Shown here in pieces: positions 37,301 to 50,635 of a stretch of DNA of 64,000 nucleotides (position 1 is its first letter; every line of letters starts with the position of its first letter). This stretch comes from Lytechinus pictus (taxonomy: Eukaryota): positions 2,480,001-2,544,000 of the forward strand of contig NC_087260.1 in the NCBI RefSeq assembly GCF_037042905.1, given 5' to 3'. The notes beneath the pieces are model-generated. The model worked only from the letters and a program-made list of their open reading frames with translations. It was not told where the DNA came from and did not search any database. Both the position numbers and the translations under genes were made by a program.

Positions 37301-37661
37301 ATAAAAAAGTAAGGCTTTGAAATGAAAATCACTGACCAATAACATGATCAATTATGAAGTTAAGTCCAATAAAATACCTTGCATAGGTCGAAATAAACGT
37401 CTTCTCGGACCTCCGTTACCATGGTTACCGTTGATTGAACGCCTCTCTAGAGGAAATAAACAAAGGAAAGAATGAGGCAAAGTTGAAATGCTCAGATGGA
37501 CATACTCATAATCAATTTTTAATCAAGAAGTGAATATTAACATGGAATTCTTTAAATTATAGGCGTATTGAACCCTCACGTATCCTACAAAGTAATTTTT
37601 TTATATTCATAGGATGAAACTTTTGAGAATGACAACACAAAAACCCTACTAAGACTACTAC

Positions 37662-37718
<57 letters not shown>

Positions 37719-40700
37719 TACTGATACTACTACTACTACTACTGCTAATACTACTACCATTGCTGCTACTACTACTTCTACTGCTGCTGCTACCACTTCC
37801 GCTACTACTTCAGTTATTACAATTTTTCTACCATCACGAAAGCTAATAAGGACCAACTCGTACCTCTCGTATGCTTTTTGTAGTGTGTGGAACCATCAGA
37901 ATCGGCTTTGTCGGAATCTGGAGTCTGGAACAAGAAAAAAAGAGAAAAATATTAGCATTCTTTATACAGAAACGAAGAAACTTTCGTGAGCATTTACAAC
38001 AGTTGTATGGCGATGTTCTTCTTTTTCTGACATACGAATGTGAATGGCGCCATCTATATTGGTACATAGCAGACCGCCCTCTCAAGCGATTTCCTGTTCA
38101 GAAATGTTTAGTCACATGTAGGCTACACAAACTCATGTCATTAAATCTTGAGGCCTCCGCACACCTAATTTTGCGACTGGTCTACGATCCGATTTTGCAA
38201 CAAATCTCATTTAGCTCATTTTCGGAAAATGTGAATGAAAAGTGTTTTTTACCTGAGGTTAAAATTAACTGTAAGAATAGTAATATCATAACAATTGTAG
38301 TTGATTGCAAGACTATATTTTGGAGTACAGGCCAAGTTAGTATCAAATCGTAGCCAATCTTGCGATTGCTATGACGTCATTACGACTAGATCTTAAATTT
38401 GCTTTTATTCTGATAAAGATGATAGCATAGTCACATATTTGAAAAAAGGTATTCGTACGATGATTTATAGAACATTTCTCAGTAAGATATTCCATGTCTC
38501 AATATATAGCATTAAATTCTACTACGTTTCATTCCAAAATCGGGTCGCAGACCGATCGTACGGTGTTCGGCGGCCTTTATAACTTTTCTACTCTCTGGAC
38601 TAAGAAAACTTCACTCATGTCTTAAAGGACAAGTCCACCCCCAAACAAAAGTTAATTGGAATAAAAGGATAAAAATAAAACAAGCGTAACACTGAAAATT
38701 TCATCAAAATCGGAAGTAAAATAAGTAAGTTATGATATTTTATTGCGTCATACAGCATTCATAGGTTCAAGGTCATCCAATCATTATTCGAGATAATTAT
38801 TATCCCGCTGCACATTTGCTGAAATAAATCGAGTTTTGGACGGACGATTTGAAGAGTTTTTATGCTGTCAATTTCACGGAGAGAATGGAGGGAATTCCAA
38901 AGGCATATGGAGGAATAGATAAAAAGGCCACCCGGGAGGGGGGGGGGGCTATACTTAGTATGAATGTATGATACGTATGTGTCGCAGTTGAGACCCTCAT
39001 TGTCAGCCTAAATTTCCGTTCAAGAGCATCACCAATTTAGAAAGCCATAGAAATTCCTATTTTCCCCCGTTCCAGAAACCCTCAAATTTGTGTTGTTTCT
39101 CGTTCCAGTGCGCTACCATAGCTGCTATACCACGAGTTTCTCACGAGACCCTCATGTTTGAAATGGTCAATTCCAAGGCATTGCATTTTTAGAAATCGTT
39201 GATCCATGAGACGGAGACTCCCATTTGAAGACCAAGATTTTCATGATTGAATTCCAGAGCCCCCTATTTTCGACTTTGGTGTGGAACATAATGTGTCACG
39301 GTAAAATTCGAGTAGCCCCCCTCCCCCCCGGGGGGGGGGGGGGAGGGGCGGTCTCAATAGGTATGTGACGGGTATGAAGAGTAACACCAGTACCAGATGA
39401 GCGCAACCCAGAGAGCAACCCAAGGACGCAAACCAGGAGTTGTTCTATGAGGGAGGCCATCCTGGAGCTAAACCATGCATGGACAGCCTTGACAGTTATA
39501 GAGTTGGATTTTGTTGTACTTGATTTGGTAGCCATCGCAACTCCGGGAGAACAGGGGTGATGTGCATGATTAACATTCTTTGTACCATAAGGCTTTCGAA
39601 GAAAACTCATACACTCTAAAAAAAAATATTGGGTAAAAATGCTCCATGAGGGTAATTATGTGTCCAACCAACATTGGGTATTTCTTTCGGGTATTTTTAA
39701 TTTATCCAGTGTGATGAAAATTTTGCCCATTCTAAAATAATTGCTGCTTATTTTTTAATCTTACTGGACAATATGCTTCCCGAATTGGGTAAAATACTGC
39801 CCACAATTTGTTGGAAACATAATTACCCTCGTGCTGGTTAAAATTTTACCCAATATTTTTTTACAGTGAATGCAGTGGACAAGGGGAGCGTTTCTTAAAC
39901 ATTTTTCATCCGACAAATATAATTGTCTGATCTGATATAGCGTTCCTTGATTCTGATTGGCTGAGAAGCACTGTTACTATGGTAATTGTCGAATAAAACG
40001 TGACTTTCGGATAAAAGATACGACAAATCCTTTCGTGAAACGCTCCCAGATGTCCTCCAAAAATATCATGAAAAAAAATTGAAAGCATAATTTCTTTGTT
40101 TGGTTAACATTAAGCCCTCCGCATCTCTTTCATGGTAAGATTCGGTCAATGATGAATATGCCCCCGGGGGAGGCCGAACGGGCGGTACTGATGAATTTGA
40201 TTCAGTTGATATCATTGTATCGTAATCAATGAAAGATAATGGTTTGTAATTTTTTAAGGCATGATTTACCATGCACTCTCTCATCCCCCACGAAGTATAC
40301 AATATTTCCAATCGAACCAAACTGGGTCAGGTTGTTCGAATAAAAGTCAGACTAAAGCATCCTAAAAATAAAGTTTGTGTTTTGCTGATTACAATCATTC
40401 TGAGATTTTGGCGGAGTGCCATTTTTAATGAGCCAACAATTTGAAGGGACACAATAACGGGGCTTAGGTGGGAAAATTTGGTCCTGATTGATATAATAAC
40501 CTCATTTGGGGGATACATTTTGATATAATAACCAGCATTAAAATTACATTTCACCCCTTATTTTTTCACTTTCTCCTCCCTTTTTTTGTGTTTTGTTTCT
40601 TTGTCGTGGAATTTTGTTGGGGGTTAGAGCCCCCACGCCCCCATTTATACGCTAGTTGAGTGATTCCCATAATGAAGTTATTTTCGATTTTCCGTTTCAA

Positions 40701-43575
40701 GGTGTCACCAAAGTATTAATTTAAAGTTGTCAGGATTCGTATCAATTCAGACAATAAGTATATAGAAGCTACTTCGTGTAGGATAACTTTTAAGGTTTCC
40801 ACGTTTCTTTTGGACAGGTATAAAAATAGCAAGATCCATTTGACGATTATAGGGAAAAGGTGTATACCATAATATACGCCACGGTTTACGTTATCATAAA
40901 ACCGTCAACTCGCTGCAAACACAGAGTAATTCCAGTTTCCAGCTCTCATGTTAAGGACCGTTCTTCAATCTTTCCAAAGAACGGATCGAGACCCATAACC
41001 TGCATGCCATAAAGACACATGTTTAATACCAACAAGTAGCGTTGAACATGTCCAATAAATAAGTTTTTGCAAATTTTGAATCAATGATAAACACGTTCAG
41101 AAATTATGAATCCCAAATGAAACATAACCATTTTTTGGGGGTATAATGTTGCACCTCAAGTGGGAAAAGGTGCAAAGATCGACCTTTTTATTAGTATTTG
41201 CACCAGGAAATTGTCAATTGCAGCCTAAACTTTTCACATTTTAAGATGCATGATACTTGACATTACAAAAGGTTCAAATTTCAGCCTTATTTCATCTCTT
41301 CAAGATATGTGCTTAATATATAACGTTGCACAAAATATTGAGTATATAACTGCACTCATTTAGCACCCCTTAGCCAGGTGCAAGGTGCTGCTATTGTACC
41401 AACCCCTAGACCCGTATTCTAAAGTCAGGTTTAACTTAGACCATGGTCTAACTCTGTGCTAAAATGATGGGAAGCCAAATGTATCAAAATTTGTTTTCAG
41501 TGAATGCTTCTCATGTTTACTGTGCTCTTTACTAATTCTTTAATGGTGATGACAACTGTCATACTTATCCTTTCCAGGCAGTTAATAATGTTTTGGGAGT
41601 CAAATGAGCTGATACATTGAACCTCTACTCTTATAGATTTATGTAACAAATGGCTTTCCATAGTTAAACCACAACTTTAAACCTTGGTTTAAGTTAAACC
41701 CGACTTCAGAATACGGGCCCTAGGGTGCAAATTTGAACCCCTTATTTCTCAGTGTGTATTAACACTTTTTTCTGAAAAATTAGACAAAGCTTGTAGCCCA
41801 ACATTTTAAGATAACTTTTAGTACAATTTACTCAAAGATTGATGAATGTATTCATGAATAACCATCGTATCTTTTACAAATTGTTTCTCTTTACAAAGTC
41901 AACTACATCGATTGCACAGGCCCATGCATTATTATGATCATAATTGTTATATACACACTAAGAAAGCTTTGAACCCAAAATGAAACACCAACCTTGTGGG
42001 GTGTAATCTGAAACCCTAAGTGGAGAAAGGTGTAAAACATACCTTTTTATCATTATTTGCTCCAAGAAATGCTAATTTACAACTCCAAAGGTGCACATTT
42101 TAACCTTTTAAGGTGCGTAATACTAGACATTAAAAAAATGTTCAAATTTGAATCTTTATTACATGGTTCATCTCTGCACCCTGTGCTTATCATTGCACCC
42201 TTTAAGGAGCACAAAATGAGCGTAATTGCACCCAGGGGTGCAACTATTGTACAAACCCCTAGGATTCAAATTTGAACCCCAATCTATCTTAGTGTGTAAC
42301 TGCTGCGCTACAATATGACTTTATTCAGAAAATAATTATACATTGATAACGACTTTCGAAGATGAAGAGAAATATTTACATGTCTATTCTGATCTTATTT
42401 TATTAATGAAATCGGATAGGGCAACTATAATATTTTATGTAAAGATTAGATACAAGGTGCACATTAATACAGGTGTTGCTATTTTTCGACACACAATGAC
42501 TCTTAAATCATTACGAATTGAGAATATAAAATTATGACCTTTTTACAGATAATTTGGTTGAATACAAAATATTGGTCCCATGCAAATAATGATATAAACA
42601 TCGATGATAATTATCATGGTTTATTTGTACAAACATTACCTCTTTATTATTGATTGCATTCATTTCAGTTACACTCATGACCTTTATGAAATTGAACAAA
42701 CAAGATCATGAATTTCCTGGTTAAATACTTACAAATAAATATCACGAAATCGAAAGAAAAATCTTTGATCTATACAAATAGAACACAACTTTACTGCTCT
42801 CTTTATGTTAATAAAAAGCTAAACATGCTAAATGTCACTGAGTAAGAATATGCAGACAGTACAGCTCTTTGTCTACGTCATATTTTCCCCGCGAAACCAA
42901 CACTATACATGATTTAAATTCGATCGATGTTGACGTTTTAAAAATCTAATTTATTATGACAATCATTTTTTTTTTTAGATTGTCCTATCATGGAGCAACC
43001 TCTGATCTACTCCCACACATATGCCAATGAAGTTTGTAAGAGCTATTTGAACTTTTTACCATGTTTGCAATTCACTCTTTAGTTGCACCTAAAAAGAACA
43101 AGCTACATTACGTCACGATATTCGTTATCCATTCACGGCTAATTCCAAAATTGTATTATCCTTTTTAACTGTGCCGAAGGCGTAGAAATAACAATAAAGA
43201 TGTATGTATACGATAACAACTGCTCTTTTAAAGTTGTGTATCACTTACCTCGTCATGATTACCCTGTTCTGAAGGTGTTCCATACTCATCAAATTGCCAA
43301 TCACTTCCTTCTTCCACTTGCAACTGTAGTTCCTGGACCTGACGCTGAAGGTCCTTCATTTGGAAGTAGAGTAAAACAAACCCGGCGCAGATGGCCAGGG
43401 CCAGCACACAGAGGACGATAGTGCGACACAGTCCCCCACGAGAGCGATCGTGTTCACATGATTTCCGTGGCGCCGTGAAAATGGGCGCCAATCTCGTCGG
43501 CAACTGCCCCACGGGTGATTTCAGTTCTTCGGTGGTCGGCGAGTACGCTGGAGGAAGAAGTAGTTTTTGATCCAT
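34357..43575 (-). CDS. TNF superfamily ligand (type II membrane protein with C-terminal TNF homology domain), 325 aa; coding exons 43575-43249, 37924-37864, 37446-37378, 36311-36243, 35518-35293, 34582-34357
   Basis: Cytoplasmic tail with PPAY, TM segment (IVLCVLALAICAGFVLLYF), coiled-coil stalk and furin site RERR|S. THD motifs PTAHV, W-x-x-W, LIAPHAGYYYIYAQV, SSYTGGVYYLEASDHVGV and SYFGMIQL. All five introns are GT-AG with phases 0,1,1,1,2; CDS is 978 nt. Confidence 0.93.
35545..35841 (-). mobile_element. tRNA-derived SINE in TNF intron 4
   Basis: A box TAGTCTAGTGG and B box GGTTCGATTCC; central TGCTGCACTCAACCCTGGTG..AATGGGTACC (Deu/Nin-type SINE-like domain); LINE-like 3' tail. Confidence 0.8.
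35870..36075. repeat. (AAT/GAT)n degenerate microsatellite
   Basis: Trinucleotide tract visible directly. Confidence 0.85.
37099..37258. mobile_element. Short GGG...CCC-ended MITE; second copy at ~39883-40048
   Basis: GGGGAG(T/C)GTTTC ... ACGCTCCC termini, with shared internal ACTGTTACTATGGTAA in both copies. Confidence 0.6.
37654..37812. repeat. (ACT)n microsatellite
   Basis: Trinucleotide tract; produces the spurious poly-Val ORF 37557-37856. Confidence 0.9.
39612..39868. mobile_element. CACT-ended MITE (CACTA/EnSpm-like); homologous copy at 52413-52610
   Basis: CACTCTAAAAA..ATATTGGGTAAAA ... TTTTACCCAATATT..TTACAGTG. The internal TTTATCCAGTGTGATGAAAATTTTGCCCATTC is shared with the 52413 copy. 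Confidence 0.8.
41110..42298. repeat. Two related copies of a repeat (~41110-41758 and ~41955-42298); the first carries a nested Harbinger-like MITE at 41409-41719
   Basis: Both copies share CCCAAA(A)TGAAACA ... CAAATTTGAACCCC ... AGTGTGTA. The nested GACCCGTATTCT...AGAATACGGGCC is flanked by CTA, and the second copy shows the empty CCCCTAGG site. Confidence 0.75.
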
Positions 43576-46500
43576 TGTTTCTTAAATTCAGCACTGGAGA
43601 GAGAGAGAGAAAGATACATACATAGAGTTCTTGAGGATGTTACAAGTTCAAGTAGGAAGGATTCGAAGACATTATCCTCTGTCAGGCAAAGTGGAATTAT
43701 AAATTCGGAATATTCCAAGCACCAGTATCCTGCTTCGCAACCAACAAGAAGGGCTGGAAATCAGAGATCGGAAGCGCGAGTAATTTCAACGAATCTTTCT
43801 GGTAAGTGATTCTGATTGAATCTCCTAACTTGTGGATTGATATCTTGGAACCAGTTCATGGCTATCTACACCAACCACAAGCTCTTCGGGAACCATAGCT
43901 ATCAAGAAGCGACTAGCTCAACCGAATGGGATTGTGGCAGGGGCCTCGCGGCTGAACACCAAGAGTTAACCGTAAAACACCATACCAGCTTCTGTTTTGG
44001 TGAGAGCCCCTGAACCAGGATAACTACCCATCTCTTTGTTGTGCGTTGAGTCTATCGAAGCATGTAATATATTGCGTGTCGTTAAAAGCGTTCAGACTTT
44101 GTATTGGGTCTAAATTCGGAGCAAAGTTCAATGACATAATTCTGTCGAACCATCATATACCAGACACCCCACGGATTAGATTTACGACCAAAAACTACAA
44201 TAATAAAGAGAAAGAAAAAATGTCCAAAACACTCCAAACACTGACAAGGTAAAATATAGGTCTAGGCATGACCCAATTTGTGCCAACTCCTATTTTTGTG
44301 GAATTCACGCTGTGATTGGTTTATATAGAAATATTAATATTATCCACGTGATAGGCGTAGATTGCACGATCTGAATAGGCTTCGATCTCAGTTTAGGGGG
44401 TAAACTATACTGCTGCAGCTACCGTGGAGTTTTCGTAGTTTATTTATTTTCAAGAAAAACAATATATTTTACACATATGCACTCACTGATAGGCCCATAC
44501 AATGGACGGTTAAAGAAAGAAGGGTCTTGTGTACCATAGCGTATACTTTTATATTTTCTATTAACAATGAATAAATAAATCATGAATCATATTTTTGATT
44601 CCTCCCTCGTGTTTTTGTCCTCTTAACTTGGGTTCAACCAAATTTGCTCTTCTATTTAAGAATGTACTGTAATTAATCAAAGTCGTGCCAAAACATACAT
44701 ATGGACCAATGCACTCATATTACAATATCCCAAATACATTTCATTAAAATCGAAGTATGCTTGTTTATTTGCATTGATATTAATTATGTATGGAATAACA
44801 CACACACACACCCACTTCTTTTCAACCTTACTCCTTGTCCTCCTTTAATTGCCATTGTTCCCTCAAAAACATTGGTCTACTCTGATTAATTTCTGTTATT
44901 TCATGGTTAAACAAATTGAGACAGAAATAAGTTTCAAAGGACATCAAAGCAAACTTAAAACCAATTTCGAATGGGTTTCTTTCGAAATGAAAACCGATGT
45001 TTGATTACGCGTGGCGTATCTCTGTGCATGATCAAAAAGTAGATCAAAGTTTTGTCAACTGCATATACCACAACTATATAATGTCTATGATCAAGGCGAA
45101 CATTGTCATTGTATAAGACAAATAATCAGACATCAAATGTTTTTTCATTATCATCCATCAAACATCCATATCAAGAAAAAAAAAACAGCAACACGGCTCT
45201 CCGTAAATAGATTCACCTATTTAGTATTAGATTCATCTGATTGGTAAAAATCAAATCGATTTTTTTCCCTGTTTTCACAATCAATTTCGTTTTTACCTCA
45301 TGAGCTTTCAAACCAAACTGATTGTGAAAAGAGGAAAATTTGTTCGAGAAGAACAAGAAAAAAAAAACACGTCTGTTCTGTTTATTTATATATTATTTTC
45401 ATGGAAGCTGGACTTGAAATGAAAAACAATATATTTCAATTTCAAGAGATACCTCGTCAATAGGGCAAATACTAGATTATCTATCCAAAAGACAAGTTTG
45501 TTCTTTCTTAAATAACTATAATTCCTTATCATTTTGTAAATTAATCTAGACATCGTTGATTCTACATACAAATGGAGTTTTCAGTTGTAGCATCCTGAAA
45601 TATTACGGTATACCAAACAGTCACAAACAACTAATAATTAGGTCGTTGACATAGGCCGTTATAGCTGAGGAGGAAGGGGTAGGCCTACATGTATAGTTGC
45701 TAACGTCTATGTTCTATTTCACCACAATCATTATAATTATGTTTGTAATGTACCTACTATTATCCCCTTATTTTGGTACACAGCCATTTCTTTGTTTGCT
45801 TCAATTTGACAGTTGGACTTTGAACCCATTCCTTTTTGTTATACAAATTCATGTTGCGCACCGAGTCTATTAAACTGTACATTACCATCTCCTTAAATTA
45901 GATTCGTACATTAACCCCCCCCCCAAAAAAAAAAGAGGTCAATATCAATAGAAATTCTGGTAGGCACTGATGAAAAAAATGGTTGATTTTAACCACTTTG
46001 TGTCGTTCGGATATATATTTATTAACATATTTTTTCATCTTGACTGATCATTTTAAGAATGTAGAAGATAATCATGCTTGCTGACGAAATCTTGATACCC
46101 AATATTTATACATCCAAACATCTAGTATCATCTCTATACCAATTCTAAAACGTTTACCTTCTCTAGAAAATAAAGTAAATCAAATCAGAGATCTAATGGT
46201 TTATTTTTTATCTATTTTCTTTTATCTTAATGCATGTTCATTATTCGTTATGCATTTTCATTGTCCGAAAATCGCATTCTGCAAAAAAAGAAGAGAAAAA
46301 AAAAATAAATCGAAATACTTGTAGTCCACACCTTGCTTGCAGGAATTGTATTGTACTTAATAAAAACAAATAATGATAACGTTTTATTTACCCAAGGTAG
46401 CCACTTCAGTTAGAAAATTGCTCTACCAGCGGGCCCTGCATAATAGTCTAGGCGAGGGGTACAAAAATAGCAACTATTGCACAGAAAATGCTTAAAGTAT

Positions 46501-48690
46501 CAAACATGGCACAATAATTCTTCCCTTCACATTGATCATGTTCAGGGGTGGTGCCAAAATTTCCAACACTTCCCTTACTAACGGTTGCTAGGTAACGAAA
46601 TTCCCATAACAACGGACATTCTAAGGGGAGCTACCTCCCTGGAAACCCACATTACTTTGTTGCCACCCCAGAACTAAACCAAATCAACTTTATTAACTTT
46701 CCTAGATGTCCCCAAGACACAACCAGGATGCCCCCCCCAAAAAAAAAAAAAAAAATAATAATAATAATAATAAATGAATAAATAAAAATAAATAAAAACA
46801 AAATAAAAGAAAAAAATTGCCATACGCCGCATATTCAGGATAGCTTCTATATGGCCACCTAATATAAGTACTTTATTACATTATGAGATAAGTGGTGAAA
46901 CCCGGTCCGAGCAGTGGATGAGCAATATATTGAGCTGAAAATTCTAAATTTGAGGGGCACCCCCAAATCAAGTTCTACGGGGTACACAAATCTGTACATA
47001 ATGTAATCATCTATCACATTTGATGGTAATTGTGAATTCCTATCACGATGGGATTTTTTTTCGATTGCTGTTTTTTGTGACGTAAACTATGGAATTACTG
47101 TTGTGCTGACCATGCATATCAATATGCAAGCGAGCGAAGCGAGCGAGCAGACTTTCAGTAGTTGGAAGACTGAATGGTGTCGAAAACCATGTTTCTTTTT
47201 AAACCAAAACTAGAAAATGGAGACTACACAGTCAAAATGTATTCAGTATATATATATTGAATATATACTCATTTACTCATTGATTACATGTTAGATGCGA
47301 TTGGAAGAAGTTGTCATCATAATCATCAGAAATAAGAAAAATCAATGAATTATATGCCATCACATGCAGACCACAATATAAATTCCCTAAACGGTAGGAA
47401 AATAGCACATTGATGCAAATTAAATGGAAAAAAAATGCTAAACTAAATGATTTTGAACATTCTTTGATATTCAAAGATTAAACAACATTAAAAGTTGCAA
47501 ACAAGATTTAATTCACATTTGAAATACATAGTACATTGTTTTATGTTGTTTTCCTAATATCAGTTATAAGTACTATCATTATGGGACGGACATGAAAGAG
47601 AACGGCTACCAGCATTTGAGTTTCTAATTCCATGTACGCCATAAATCACAAACTTCAAGGTATTGTCTCAAATAAATATATTTTGTATAACAATTTTGAA
47701 AGCATGTCAACATCAAATTTATGACTCGATACCACTTTGTTTTCCTGATGAAAGTTACATTAAGTGTCATATAAAATCATAAATATGGTTTTTTTTTCAT
47801 TGTTTTTTAGTAACGGTATTGATTTGACCAATTTCAATATTTAGTAGCGTAATAAATCAAATATTTTGAGTTGATCAGACATGCTTGAAATGATATGGGT
47901 CAACATTTTAAGAAAGCTGCGGCGCGAGCTTGCAATAATATTTTTTTTTACACAAACATCTACTTTTATGATAGATTTTGACATCATATTCAGATAATGA
48001 TATCATACTTCATTCTTTTCCCTTTAATATTCGATCGTTTTCGTCTCGCGTATATAGCAGAGACGCCGCTTTTCCGACGATGACGTGCGGCTTTTAAAAG
48101 TCGTTGGAACGCCAGGCGTATCCCGACATACAAGCACCTGCTTTCTGTGTTTTTATCCTTCTTCCATGTACACAATTTACATACTGTATTTTACATTCAT
48201 TGTTTTGTTTATTCATGATATTATTGATTTGTATATATTCTACATGAAAAATTGATGAAATGTCAATCAGAAGAAAATAATGTGTTGAATTGAATTGAAT
48301 CGAATTGGAATCATACAATTCGTAAGTGACTCACTATAACATACACAACGTGAGCCAGCGAATATAACTGTTAATAAATTAACACAATTCATGAATGTGA
48401 CGATATAATTCAGTAAATAGACATTAGGGACTTTCATTAACCATTGTTATTATATACCATTAACAACATTAACATTCAAAGCGAGAGGGGCATGCTCAGT
48501 TGGCACAAACATGAATTATGATACTAAATAGGTTCATTATTGCGGATTGAAATAATCGCGAGAGGGTATTCATTTGTCTCGCAATCTACTATGGTCAACA
48601 AGGAAAAATCGTGATCACTCTCGCAAAAAGTGTTCACTGGCTTTCTAGGAAATTCGTGATCACTCTCGCAAAAAGTGTTCACTAGCTTAC

Positions 48691-48738
48691 AAGTTCACGA
48701 GCTTTCGAGTGCCGCTGCAACTCTTTATCAAGTGACTT
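48691..48738 (-). ncRNA. Minimal type I hammerhead-ribozyme-like motif (U3-A8 core variant, palindromic AGCU stem III), likely from a Penelope-like/retrozyme-type element
   Basis: Minus strand: AAGUCAC-UUGAUAA-A-GAGU-ugcagcggc-ACUC-GAA-AGCU-C-GUGAACUU. Stem I is UCAC/GUGA, stem II is GAGU/ACUC, followed by GAAA and a CUC cleavage triplet. Confidence 0.55.
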
Positions 48739-50635
48739 TTTGCGAGAGTGATCACGAATTTCCTTGTTGACCATAGTAGATTGCGCGAGACAAATGAATA
48801 CCCTCTAGCGATTATGAATTATGATGTTTAGGAATTGATTATTGTGCAAAGTCAGGTTAATATTAAGAAGGTTATAGGGTAGTTTATAGAGCATAACGTG
48901 TATTGTTGTTCATATAAGTGATCATGCTCGAAAGACCATTTTCTCAGACTAACGAGATCGCAAGCCGCTTAGTTCTTGACTGACACTATTTTCCTAGATC
49001 AATATTTAAACGAAATCTGATCACGATATTTGAGTTGATTTGAAAAATAAATAACATTAATCAAACAGACAAAAAATAATTACGGACGGCCACGGTACAT
49101 GTAAATGGTCTGTATTCCAAACAACCATCGTTGCCACGGTGACCAGATATCTTTATAAAGAACAACGGTTTCACCCTCGGAAGTAAACACTTTGGCATGA
49201 CTTCGCATTTCTCCATCATGCATAAAAAAAATATATATAAAAGTATTGTGCCTATGTTAAGAGGCAAACGACTTAATAATTTTGGAATCCTATATATTGT
49301 CATTTCAGAGATATTGCATGAGAATCGAGTTGAAAGAAATTTAATGTACATTTGCGATAGACGGGTTTCTTTGCCCACATGGTCACACGACCGGCTTAAT
49401 CATGGACTATTCTTTAAAAGTTTTTTTTTAAACTTAGGTTGGGACCGTTCAAACAATAGTTGTTACAATGCCAGGTTAAACGTCCATTGTTGCTAAAAAC
49501 AGTGTATTACACAGTGCATAGCCTTAATCATGGTTTATACCACTTCTATAATACATGTATACAACCGCCACTTTAAGGTGTAACCATTTATTAAATATCC
49601 CGGTTGAACCTTTCAGACAAATTTGACTTTATTTGATAATCTACTGTCAAAAATGTCAACAACCTTTTGAAGGAGTTACACGTACTCCTACCTTGTCATT
49701 TTGAACAAAATAGGCCAAGGGTCGTTTTTTGAAAATGCAATTTAGAATGGAAGCACTGGAGCGAGGGATTGTATCCAGGCACACACCTCCGCACAGGGTC
49801 CACAGAAGTCTCTCCGGTGGTTTGTTTACATTTTCAAACAAAAGGAATTAAGAAAAAGGGATAACCCCAGATCTTTCCCCAACTCATGAGAACATGAATT
49901 ATTCATGAGTATCGGACCGGCAATGAATATTCACAAGTATGTGCATGAGTCAAGCGCCGCCCTTTTTGTAAATGCGCGGTTAAAATAAGGTGAATGGTGG
50001 TGGGGGGGGGGGGGCGGGGTAGTGGTTTTGCCGGGCTAGTGTAAAGTTTGGTGCAGGGCACTGACGTCCTTGCAGAGATGGGGGTCACTTGGGGCCATGG
50101 ACTCCAAAATATTCGCGATCAAGAAAAAAAGAATATGAAAGGAAGGGAATTTTTTTCTTGTCCACTCGCTGGCAGCCTTTTTAAAGAAATTTTGCCCCAT
50201 ATGCCTCGCCTGGCCCCTTCACTTTTCCTGGCTCATTTACACTACTGATGCAGGGAGTGTGTTATTTGATGCTTCCTTTCAGAATGTAAATATTATTAGT
50301 ATTGGAAATTTTAACTATCATGAATTTTTATCGCTAAAATTAAAACAAAGACTGACAAGCAAAAAACGGAACAACAGCAACAAATAAACACTCGTTGCTC
50401 ATGGCGAGCCGTTTTCCATAGAAAAGCCAAGCCCCCCAAAGGTCCAGGGATGTGGTACTAAATACAGAACTAGGGATAAATATAAAGATGGTTAATTGCC
50501 GAAATTTTGTTCATCAGTGCTGTCACGACATTTGTACGGGGTTGTGTAACCCAGGAGTTATATTGGATGATGCTGATGAACAATAGTGCGCCTGATCAAA
50601 TTAAAATAAAACACCGAACCTCTGTCATTCGATGG

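Noticed and set aside
39241-39610. Minus-strand ORFs with a hydrophobic stretch inside TNF intron 1
   Set aside because: No recognisable domain and no convincing in-phase splice sites; they run into a poly-G repeat.
40946-40999. Possible alternative terminal exon of the TNF gene (VMGLDPFFGKIEERSLT*, phase 0)
   Set aside because: Weak polypyrimidine tract and no independent support; could arise by chance.
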